Source of the DNA: Anaerocolumna jejuensis DSM 15929
GTDB taxonomy: Bacteria > Bacillota > Clostridia > Lachnospirales > Lachnospiraceae
DNA length: 32,000 nucleotides
Reading direction: 5' to 3'
Assembly (NCBI RefSeq): GCF_900142215.1
Contig: NZ_FRAC01000011.1
Location: 54,758 to 86,757, forward strand
The notes beneath the pieces were generated by a model. That model was not told where the DNA came from and did no database searches. It saw nothing but the letters and a program-made list of their open reading frames with translations. Numbering within the stretch: the stretch's first letter is position 1; each line of letters starts with the position of its first letter. The position numbers and the translations under genes were made by a program. Positions 17,838 to 25,511 of the stretch are shown in pieces.

Positions 17838-18149
17838 TTGTAGACTCCTTTCTAAAAATAACAAAAACGCATATACTAATTTTTGCTCTTATTATTTTAT
17901 AAGGTGTTGACAGCTGCAATAAAAAAGAACAAAGAATGTCCTTCATATATAGTGTCTCATCTCTAAAAGATAAGATTCAGGTAAATTGAGAGAAGATAGG
18001 GAAAGCTTAGTGAATATGGAAGAAATCATGGACAAACAGATAGGATATCACTTATAATGTCTTAATGGAATTATGATATAGCAGTAGTATACGGAATTTT
18101 TATTTTTTAATAAATTTTCATTGAGGTATTCTGGAAAGGAGTTCTTACC

Positions 18150-18923
18150 ATGATTTTTGAAACACATGCCCATTATGATGATGAAGCATTTGATGAAGAT
18201 AGAAGCGAGTTAATTGATGCCATAAAGGAAGCTGGCATTGTATCGGTGGTCAATATCGGAGCGAGCCTTTCAAGCTCCAGAGCTTCCCTGGAATTAGCGG
18301 ATAAATACCCTTTTTTTTATGCTGCGGTAGGGGTGCATCCCAGTGAAACAGGAGAATTGACAGAAGAAAATTTCAAATGGCTGAGAGAAGCCTGTAAGAA
18401 TCCGAAAGTAGTTGCTATCGGAGAAATAGGGCTTGATTATTACTGGGACACGCCGGACAGAGCAGTACAAAAGGAATGGTTCCTGCAGCAGATGGAGCTG
18501 GCAAAGGAGCTTAAGCTGCCGGCAGTTATTCACAGCAGGGACGCCGCAGAGGATACCCTTAAGATGATACAAAGCAGCAAGCTGGAATCGGTGGGCGGTA
18601 TCATACATTGCTTTTCCTACACAAAGGAAATGGCAAGGATTTATATGGATATGGGCTTTTATCTGGGAATCGGAGGAGTCCTTACCTTTAAGAATGCAAA
18701 GAAATTAAAGGAAGTCGTAGAATACGCACCAATAGAAAGGCTGGTATTGGAAACGGACTCACCTTACCTGGCTCCGGAGCCCAACAGGGGAAAGAGAAAT
18801 TCATCCTTAAATCTGACTTATGTAGCACAAAAAATTGCTGAAATTAAGGGCTTGGATTATGAAACCGTGCTGGACATAACAGAGCAGAACGCAAGGAAGG
18901 TATACCATATCAGTGAGTTGTAA
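18150..18923 (+). CDS. tatD: TatD-family metal-dependent DNase/hydrolase (YabD)
   Basis: It carries MIFETHAHYDDEAF, GEIGLDYYW, VIHSRDA and the ETDSPYLAPEP motifs. It is syntenic with Bacillus yabD. Confidence 0.92.
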   Translation: MIFETHAHYDDEAFDEDRSELIDAIKEAGIVSVVNIGASLSSSRASLELADKYPFFYAAVGVHPSETGELTEENFKWLREACKNPKVVAIGEIGLDYYWDTPDRAVQKEWFLQQMELAKELKLPAVIHSRDAAEDTLKMIQSSKLESVGGIIHCFSYTKEMARIYMDMGFYLGIGGVLTFKNAKKLKEVVEYAPIERLVLETDSPYLAPEPNRGKRNSSLNLTYVAQKIAEIKGLDYETVLDITEQNARKVYHISEL

Positions 18924-19044
18924 ATGGTAATCAGGCTGTTATAAAGGGATAAGTTAAAAATAAGTGAGTTAAAATAAATAAGTTAAAAGCTGTAAAAGGA
19001 AAAGTGCCCATATTTTTCAGATTCAGCGCAGAAAGGGTGAATGG

Positions 19045-19914
19045 ATGGCATCACTGGGTAATCCAAAAGAAACAATAGAAATACTAAATAAATACCACTT
19101 TAATTTTCAGAAAAAATTCGGACAGAACTTTTTAATCGATACCCATGTTCTGGATAAGATTATAAAAGCAGCTGAGGTGGGGAAAGATGACCTGGTAGTG
19201 GAAATCGGGCCGGGAATCGGCACCCTTACCCAATACCTGTGCGAAGCAGCAAGGGAAGTGGTTGCGGTTGAGATTGACAAGAATCTGATACCCATATTGG
19301 AGGATACACTTTCCGCCTATGACAATATTACGATTTTGAATGAGGATATTTTAAAGGTGGATTTAAACCGGCTGGTACAGGAACGAAATGGCGGCAGGCC
19401 TGTTAAAGTGGTTGCTAACCTTCCCTATTATATTACAACTCCTATTATCATGGGGCTGTTTGAAGCCCATGTTCCGGTGGAAAATATAACGGTTATGGTG
19501 CAGAAGGAAGTTGCCGACAGGATGCAGGCAGGTCCCGGAGGCAAGGATTATGGAGCCCTGTCCCTGGCCGTACAGTATTATGCGAAGCCCTATATTGCTG
19601 CCAATGTTCCGCCTAATTGCTTTATGCCAAGGCCCAATGTGGGCTCGGCGGTAATCCGTCTTACACTTCATGGGGATAAGCCCGTGGTCATTAAGGATGA
19701 AGCTCTTATGTTCAAGCTGATTCGCGCTTCCTTTAACCAAAGAAGAAAGACCCTTGCCAACGGCCTTAACAACAGTGAAGAAATCAAGCTGTCCAAGGAG
19801 CTTATTACAGAAGCAATAACAGAGCTGGATTTCTCTCCAAGTATCAGGGGAGAAGCCCTTACTTTGGCGGATTTTGCAGCTCTCAGCAATTTGATTTACG
19901 ACAAGCAAGGATAA
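19045..19914 (+). CDS. rsmA: 16S rRNA (adenine1518/1519-N6)-dimethyltransferase RsmA/KsgA
   Basis: It carries KKFGQNFLID, VVEIGPGIGTLT and ANLPYYITTPI motifs. Confidence 0.95.
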   Translation: MASLGNPKETIEILNKYHFNFQKKFGQNFLIDTHVLDKIIKAAEVGKDDLVVEIGPGIGTLTQYLCEAAREVVAVEIDKNLIPILEDTLSAYDNITILNEDILKVDLNRLVQERNGGRPVKVVANLPYYITTPIIMGLFEAHVPVENITVMVQKEVADRMQAGPGGKDYGALSLAVQYYAKPYIAANVPPNCFMPRPNVGSAVIRLTLHGDKPVVIKDEALMFKLIRASFNQRRKTLANGLNNSEEIKLSKELITEAITELDFSPSIRGEALTLADFAALSNLIYDKQG

Positions 19915-19964
19915 GACTACCTTTGTTTAGTCATTGTATAATGTCGAAATATCACCCTTTTATA

Positions 19965-19993
19965 TTGACATATCTCCCTCAGAATGATATCTT
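19965..19993 (+). promoter_or_regulatory. Candidate promoter of pfp (TTGACA-17-TATCTT)
   Basis: TTGACA lies at 19965-19970, then a 17-nt spacer, then TATCTT at 19988-19993. Confidence 0.4.
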
Positions 19994-20052
19994 TTACTGG
20001 CGAAGTCAGACAAGAACGGATAAAACCCCCTAATTCAGAAGGAGATAGTATA

Positions 20053-21300
20053 ATGTACTTAGGCAAGATAACAGGTAACATCATAGTAGGACAATCAGGC
20101 GGCCCGACCGCGGCGATCAATGCCAGCCTTGCAGGCGTTTACAAGGCCGGGAAGGATGCAGGTGCAGAAAAGGTATTTGGTATGCTCCATGGTATCCAGG
20201 GACTTTTGGAAGGAAAGCTGATTGACCTGTCCGAGAAAATAACCTGTGATTTGGATCTGGAATTGTTAAAGAGAACACCTGCTGCCTATCTTGGCTCCTG
20301 CCGATATAAGCTGCCGGATTATAATAAGGATACAAAGGATTATGAGAAATTATTTCAGATATTAAAGGAACAGGAAATATCCGCGTTTTTCTATATCGGC
20401 GGAAACGATTCCATGGACTCCATAAGGAAGCTTTCGGAATACGGCGAGCTTTTAAAAAGTCCCATTCGTTTTATCGGAATTCCCAAAACCATAGATAATG
20501 ACCTTGAAATAACGGACCACACCCCAGGCTATGGAAGTGCTGCCAAGTTTATTGCAGCCTCCACAAAGGAGATTATCAGGGACAGTCTGGTGTATAACCA
20601 GAAAAACCTGACCATTATAGAAATCATGGGAAGACATGCCGGCTGGCTGACAGCCGCCGCCGCACTGGCAAAAGGGAATGACTGCGAAGGAGCAGACCGA
20701 ATCTATCTGCCGGAAAAGGATTTTGATAAAGATGCCTTTCTAAAGGATATCACTGCCCTGCAAAAAGAAAAGAAATCCCTTGTAATAGCAGTTTCGGAAG
20801 GAATTCATCTGGCAGACGGAAGATTTGTCTGCGAGCTTTCGGACAAGGACTTTTATGTGGATGAATTCGGACATACCATGCTGACCGGTGCCGGTGCTTA
20901 CCTGTCGGCACTGGTAAAGAGGGAAATTGGCTGCAAGACAAGGGCCATTGAGCTAAATACCCTCCAAAGATGTGCGTCCCACATAGCTTCTCTTACCGAT
21001 ATTGAAGAAGCCTTTGAAGTTGGTAAACGAGGTGTTATAGCGGCAGCTGCGGGAGTGACCGGTGTAATGGCAGTGATTAAGAGAGTATCGGATTCCCCTT
21101 ATCTTTGCACCTATGAGACCCACAACATCAAAGAGATTGCCAATATGGAGAAGAAGGTTCCTTTAAGCTGGATTAAGGAAGAAGAGGATGGAATGAGCGA
21201 GGAATTCCTCCGGTATGCAAAACCGCTGATTATGGGCGAAGTAATGCCGGTAATGGTAAACGGACTGCCCATGCATCTGGAATATGTCAGCGAAAGATAA
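20053..21300 (+). CDS. pfp: Phosphofructokinase, probably pyrophosphate-dependent (diphosphate--fructose-6-phosphate 1-phosphotransferase)
   Basis: It carries PFK-family motifs GQSGGPTAAINAS, GGNDS and IPKTIDNDL, and MGRHAGWL. Asp and Lys occupy the positions aligned to Gly104 and Gly124 of E. coli PfkA. The start is ATG 20053, 9 nt after AAGGAG, giving 415 aa. Confidence 0.8.
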   Translation: MYLGKITGNIIVGQSGGPTAAINASLAGVYKAGKDAGAEKVFGMLHGIQGLLEGKLIDLSEKITCDLDLELLKRTPAAYLGSCRYKLPDYNKDTKDYEKLFQILKEQEISAFFYIGGNDSMDSIRKLSEYGELLKSPIRFIGIPKTIDNDLEITDHTPGYGSAAKFIAASTKEIIRDSLVYNQKNLTIIEIMGRHAGWLTAAAALAKGNDCEGADRIYLPEKDFDKDAFLKDITALQKEKKSLVIAVSEGIHLADGRFVCELSDKDFYVDEFGHTMLTGAGAYLSALVKREIGCKTRAIELNTLQRCASHIASLTDIEEAFEVGKRGVIAAAAGVTGVMAVIKRVSDSPYLCTYETHNIKEIANMEKKVPLSWIKEEEDGMSEEFLRYAKPLIMGEVMPVMVNGLPMHLEYVSER

Positions 21301-21329
21301 CTAAAATTCAATGGATATAAAAGAAAGAG

Positions 21330-21373
21330 CCTGCTGTATGCGAGAACCTGACGGATACAGCAGGATTTTTTTA
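21330..21373 (+). terminator. Intrinsic terminator after pfp
   Basis: CCTGCTGTAT (21330-21339) pairs with ATACAGCAGG (21355-21364). A T7 run follows. Confidence 0.85.
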
Positions 21374-21763
21374 TTTACAGCCGGTTAAATTATGGGCCGG
21401 AAAAGAATTATAGAAATATCATCCCATGAAAGGTACTCCCAGCTTTTAGCAGGTAATAGTCTTCCCTAAAAGGCAAGCTGTTGAATTGCCTGTTAAAAAA
21501 GGTATTAATTACTTATATATCATAGGGCTATGGAATATAAAGCCGGTAGAATTAGCATCGGATATTGAAATTTTCCTGAATTTATTATATTATTCAGTAA
21601 AATATTTACTTGTCCTGCTCTTGGAGGTTTTCGGTTAGCATCTAAAGTAAAAATTATTTATAGAATTTCCTGGCTTAGATGCCATTGATCTTATCAAACA
21701 GGCTGTGAATAGCCTTTTGCAGATAGTATGTTTACGATTATTACATAGATAGGGAGAGCGCGA

Positions 21764-23440
21764 ATGCAAATTATCGGACTGATTTTAGCCATACTTGTAG
21801 TCATATCAATTTCCAATGCAAGGAAGAACAAATTATTAAAAGCTGCCCTGATTCAGGATTTTGGAAAGGAAAAGGGGAAGTTTAACTGTGAAAGTGAAAT
21901 AGAAAGCATCCAGTATTATTTTAACAGCAAAAGAACATGTACGGATGTTGATGATGTTACCTGGAATGACCTGGATATGAACAGGCTGTTTAATGAAATG
22001 AACACCTCCATTACCAATGTGGGTGCGGAGTATCTATATGCATTGCTCCGTAAGACAGAAAACAGCCAGGAGATCTTAGAGGAAAGGGACAAAGCTATCG
22101 AAGCCATAAATAACAAGGATGAACTGCGAATCGGGCTGCAAATGATATTATGGAAAGTCGGGAGAAGCTACAACCACTCTGTTTATGAGACCCTGGATAA
22201 ATGCAGAAGGATAAATATCGGCTCCGTTTATCCTCATTTATCCGTATTTATAGGCTTTATGGCATCAACCCTGCTTTTATTCTATCATGTATGGCTTGGA
22301 GTATTTGCATTTGCGGTCTGTATTACCCTGTCGGTAATATCCTATCATATAACAATGAGAAGAATGCCTGAGTTTAATCACTGGCATTTAAAGTGCTTTG
22401 CAAAGATGCTGAAAGCAGCCCGTCAGATAGCAAGGATAAAAGACGGTGAAATGAATAGATATGCGGAAGAAATGAAAGATATCAGGAAATGCTTTAAATG
22501 GGTACAGCTAAAATCCATCTTTTTAACGAATAACGGGGTGGGGCTGATTGCGGATGCAGCAGACCTGGTATTGGATTATATCCGTATCCTGACCCATGCG
22601 GATATTATTATTTTGTACAGCCTGTCAAAAACGATTAAGGAAAATTTTGATGAAGTGGAAAGGCTTTATGAAATTATCGGATTTCTTGATTCCATGATTT
22701 CGTCAGCCTCCTATAAAAGGCAGCTGCCTTATTTCTCAAAACCGGTATTCTGCGGGGAAGATAAAAAAATCCTGGAGATTGAAGGGTTATATCATCCACT
22801 GCTGGAGCAGCCCGTAGCGAACTCAATAAAGGAGAGTCGAAGCATAATCCTGACTGGCTCCAACGCTTCCGGCAAATCGACCTTTTTAAAGGCTGTTGCT
22901 ATAAATGCCATATTAGCCCAGTCATTATTTCTGTCAACCTCCAGGTATTATCAGGGGAGTTACTTTCAGGTATATACTTCTATGGCTTTAACGGATAATC
23001 TTGCAGGGAAGGAAAGCTACTTTATAGTTGAAGTCAAGGCAATAAAGCGCATCCTGGAAAGAAGGGACAGAGAAAGGCCTGCCCTATGCTGTATCGATGA
23101 GGTGCTCCGGGGTACCAATACTCTGGAGAGAATAGCAGCAGCGTCTGAGATCTTAACGGAATTGGGCGGTGATAATGCAATTTGTTTAGCTGCTACCCAT
23201 GATATCGAACTGGCGCATATGCTGGAGGGTCTTTATTCCAATTATCATTTCCAGGAAAGAGTGGAGGAGGACGAAATTACCTTTGACTATAAGCTGTATA
23301 AGGGAATATCTGCTTCCAGGAATGCCATCAGGCTGCTTAAAATGATGGGGTATGGGGACCATATTATAAGCCGGGCCAATAAAAGACTGGACAACTACTT
23401 AAGAAGCGGGATATGGGATACATCCTTAGAAAATTTATGA
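21764..23440 (+). CDS. MutS-related protein: N-terminal membrane segments plus MutS core-like region and domain V ATPase, with no mismatch-binding domain
   Basis: It has Walker A LTGSNASGKSTFLK, Walker B CCIDEVLRGTN and the ATHD motif. Hydrophobic helices lie at residues ~3-17 and ~160-195. I see no domain I Phe-X-Glu motif. Confidence 0.75.
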   Translation: MQIIGLILAILVVISISNARKNKLLKAALIQDFGKEKGKFNCESEIESIQYYFNSKRTCTDVDDVTWNDLDMNRLFNEMNTSITNVGAEYLYALLRKTENSQEILEERDKAIEAINNKDELRIGLQMILWKVGRSYNHSVYETLDKCRRINIGSVYPHLSVFIGFMASTLLLFYHVWLGVFAFAVCITLSVISYHITMRRMPEFNHWHLKCFAKMLKAARQIARIKDGEMNRYAEEMKDIRKCFKWVQLKSIFLTNNGVGLIADAADLVLDYIRILTHADIIILYSLSKTIKENFDEVERLYEIIGFLDSMISSASYKRQLPYFSKPVFCGEDKKILEIEGLYHPLLEQPVANSIKESRSIILTGSNASGKSTFLKAVAINAILAQSLFLSTSRYYQGSYFQVYTSMALTDNLAGKESYFIVEVKAIKRILERRDRERPALCCIDEVLRGTNTLERIAAASEILTELGGDNAICLAATHDIELAHMLEGLYSNYHFQERVEEDEITFDYKLYKGISASRNAIRLLKMMGYGDHIISRANKRLDNYLRSGIWDTSLENL

Positions 23441-23558
23441 CCGCATATTACTTTGGCAGTATATTACTGTATATGTCTTTATGCGTATACTTGATAGGAA
23501 CATTCAAATCGTTGAAGGGAATATTCATTTTATTTTACAGGAGTATTCAAAAAAATAC

Positions 23559-23589
23559 TTGACCTTCGCCTTAGGCGAAGGTTTATCTT
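23559..23589 (+). promoter_or_regulatory. MerR-type promoter/operator: TTGACC-19 bp-TATCTT with a 21-bp perfect palindrome across the -35 hexamer and spacer
   Basis: TTGACC lies at 23559-23564 and TATCTT at 23584-23589, with a 19-nt spacer. The palindrome ACCTTCGCCT-T-AGGCGAAGGT spans 23562-23582. Confidence 0.6.
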
Positions 23590-23617
23590 TGTTATATCAA
23601 AGATAAGGAGAACAAAT

Positions 23618-24652
23618 ATGTATACAATAAAACAGGTCTCGGAAAGGTTAAAAATCAACCCTAATGCCTTGCGGTTCTACGAAGAAAAAGGACTGGTAAA
23701 CCCTTGCCGGGGAGAGAATGGTTATAGGGACTATAGTGTTGAAGATATCAGCAGATTAGAGATAATCGTCCTTTATCGGAAAATGGGATTTTCAATAGAG
23801 GCAATCGGAAAGCTCGTACAGGATAACAGGAACCGGGAATTATTAAATCAGTTTGTAGCACAGTATAGTATATTGAATCATCATATACACACTATGTGTA
23901 CTGTCAGGGAAACCCTGGGGAAATGCGTGGAAGAGCTGTTGGATAAATCGGTTCTGAACAGCCATATTTTAGAAAGAATGGAGCAGACTGCGGAGATTAT
24001 TGCTATCTCTGAGGAGTGGGAGGATAAGTGGGATTTTGATTCCTGGGCTGAAAATTATGATACCGATATCCGTAAAAAAGGAAGTGGATTGGATTTCTAT
24101 CATAATTACAATAGGGTCCTTTCAACCACAGCAAATGCTATCTTGTCAGGAAAGGTGGTTGAAATCGGCATCGGAACCGGCAACTTGGCAAAAGCAGCTC
24201 TGGAAAAGGGATTTTTACCGGAAAATTATATCGGAATAGACCAATCTGTAAATATGCTGAAGGAGGCCAGAAAGAAATGCCCGGATATTATATTGAGAAT
24301 AGGGGACTTTCTTCATCTGCCGCTGGAAAACAGTACATGCGACAGCATTGTAACCTCCTATGCCTTTCATCATTGTACTCACGAGGAAAAGGTGCTTGCA
24401 ATTTCGGAAATGAATAGAATCCTCAAAGGGCAGGGGAGAATTATTATTACAGACCTGATGTTCACGGACAGCAGCAATCGCAGGAGGTATGAAGAAGCCT
24501 GCACAGAGGCAGAAAGAGAAGATTTAAAGGATGAGTACTTCGGAAATATTGATGAAATGGAAGCGATGTTAAGCAGCCATGGCTTTTGCTGTATCCATAA
24601 AAGGATTGATGATTTGATATGGATGATAGTAGCAGACAGAGATAAAAAATAA
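23618..24652 (+). CDS. MerR-family HTH regulator fused to a class I SAM-dependent methyltransferase domain
   Basis: The N-terminus YTIKQVSERLKINPNALRFYEEKGLV...GYRDYSVEDISRLEIIVLYRKMGFSIEAI is a MerR HTH. The C-terminus carries VVEIGIGTGNLA (motif I) and a type-11-like methyltransferase core. Confidence 0.8.
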   Translation: MYTIKQVSERLKINPNALRFYEEKGLVNPCRGENGYRDYSVEDISRLEIIVLYRKMGFSIEAIGKLVQDNRNRELLNQFVAQYSILNHHIHTMCTVRETLGKCVEELLDKSVLNSHILERMEQTAEIIAISEEWEDKWDFDSWAENYDTDIRKKGSGLDFYHNYNRVLSTTANAILSGKVVEIGIGTGNLAKAALEKGFLPENYIGIDQSVNMLKEARKKCPDIILRIGDFLHLPLENSTCDSIVTSYAFHHCTHEEKVLAISEMNRILKGQGRIIITDLMFTDSSNRRRYEEACTEAEREDLKDEYFGNIDEMEAMLSSHGFCCIHKRIDDLIWMIVADRDKK

Positions 24653-24654
24653 AC

Positions 24655-24830
24655 GAAAAATATAACAAATAAACAAACTATGAACAAACAGACGAATGAA
24701 CAGACAAACGTATGAGCAAACGAATGAGTAAACAAATAAATGAACAAACAAACGTATGAACGAACAAAAAAATGAATGAACAAACAGACGTATGTACGAA
24801 CAAACGAACGGACAAAAGAAAGACCGGCAG
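24655..24830 (+). repeat. Imperfect tandem array of a 16-nt unit ATGAACAAACAGACGW (about 9 units)
   Basis: Units start at 24680, 24696, 24712 (12 nt), 24724, 24740, 24756, 24776 and 24792. The array is A/C/G-rich and T-poor on the + strand. Confidence 0.85.
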
Positions 24831-24907
24831 AAGGTAATGACAAACTCTATATAGTACCAAAGCCAGGGATGGTTACCAAAGGATAATAAAGGCTTTGGGA
24901 CGAATTA

Positions 24908-24951
24908 GGACACTGTATAAAAGAGATATCTGCTTCTTTTATACAGTGTCC
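24908..24951. terminator. Hairpin terminator between the MerR-MTase gene and convergent nrdG
   Basis: A perfect 16-bp stem forms between GGACACTGTATAAAAG (24908-24923) and CTTTTATACAGTGTCC (24936-24951). Confidence 0.7.
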
Positions 24952-25022
24952 CTGTAATAAGGGGGATGTGCATTTGTATACAGCCCCAGTAACAATCCTG
25001 ATATAATGTTAAGCTTAACCTG

Positions 25023-25511
25023 TTAGATAATAGAAACCACCGTATTATTTATCAGAGATTTCTTCACATCAATAACCTTCTGGTTACTGCTGCCCCTCCA
25101 ATAAAGCTTCGTATCCTTTAGTGCTTCTATAAATCTTCCATCCACCAAAACATCCAGCTCCTTTATAAAGGGCAGGTATTTTACCTCTTCCCAGGAAAAG
25201 CCCGTGTACAGCCAGATAGTCTTTTCCGGGAATTTGGCACGGATTTCTGTGACTAAGCCTTCCACATCCTTTCTGTTTACAGGGTGCAGGGGATCTCCGC
25301 CGGAAAGGGTAATGCCTTCTATGTAGGACTTATTTAATTCGTCAAAAATTTCTTCCTTGGCGGTCTCATCAAAGGGCAGTCCTCCGTTGATGTCCCAGGT
25401 TACGGGATTCTGGCAGCCCTTACAGCCATGATTGCAGCCGGCTACCCATAATACTACCCGAAGGCCGGTACCGTTAAGCATATCGTCTTTGGTTATATTG
25501 TGATAGCGCAT
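25023..25511 (-). CDS. nrdG: Anaerobic ribonucleoside-triphosphate reductase activating protein (radical SAM)
   Basis: MRYHNITKDDMLNGTGLRVVLWVAGCNHGCKGCQNP carries the CxxxCxxC cluster. Its ATG overlaps the nrdD stop by 1 nt (TAATG). Confidence 0.92.
   Translation of the reverse strand: MRYHNITKDDMLNGTGLRVVLWVAGCNHGCKGCQNPVTWDINGGLPFDETAKEEIFDELNKSYIEGITLSGGDPLHPVNRKDVEGLVTEIRAKFPEKTIWLYTGFSWEEVKYLPFIKELDVLVDGRFIEALKDTKLYWRGSSNQKVIDVKKSLINNTVVSII

Noticed and set aside
17838-17960. Sigma-E promoter for cotJABC
   Set aside because: One is expected from Bacillus biology. I could not find a convincing match to the sigma-E -35/-10 consensus by eye, only a loose GTATATGC.
21374-21763. 390-nt ORF-free region upstream of the mutS-like gene as an ncRNA or gene remnant
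   Set aside because: It contains only short, unremarkable hairpins (CTTTTAG/CTAAAAG, CTGAAT/ATTCAG, GCATCTAA/TTAGATGC). I recognised no RNA family signature. It needs a covariance-model scan rather than inspection by eye.
24379-24860. Three overlapping minus-strand ORFs (154, 60 and 60 aa) encoding FVCSF/LFIH-type hydrophobic repeats
   Set aside because: All three reverse frames are open only because the + strand repeat array lacks the complements of stop codons. The longest ORF overlaps the 3' end of the well-supported MerR-MTase CDS. None has an RBS.
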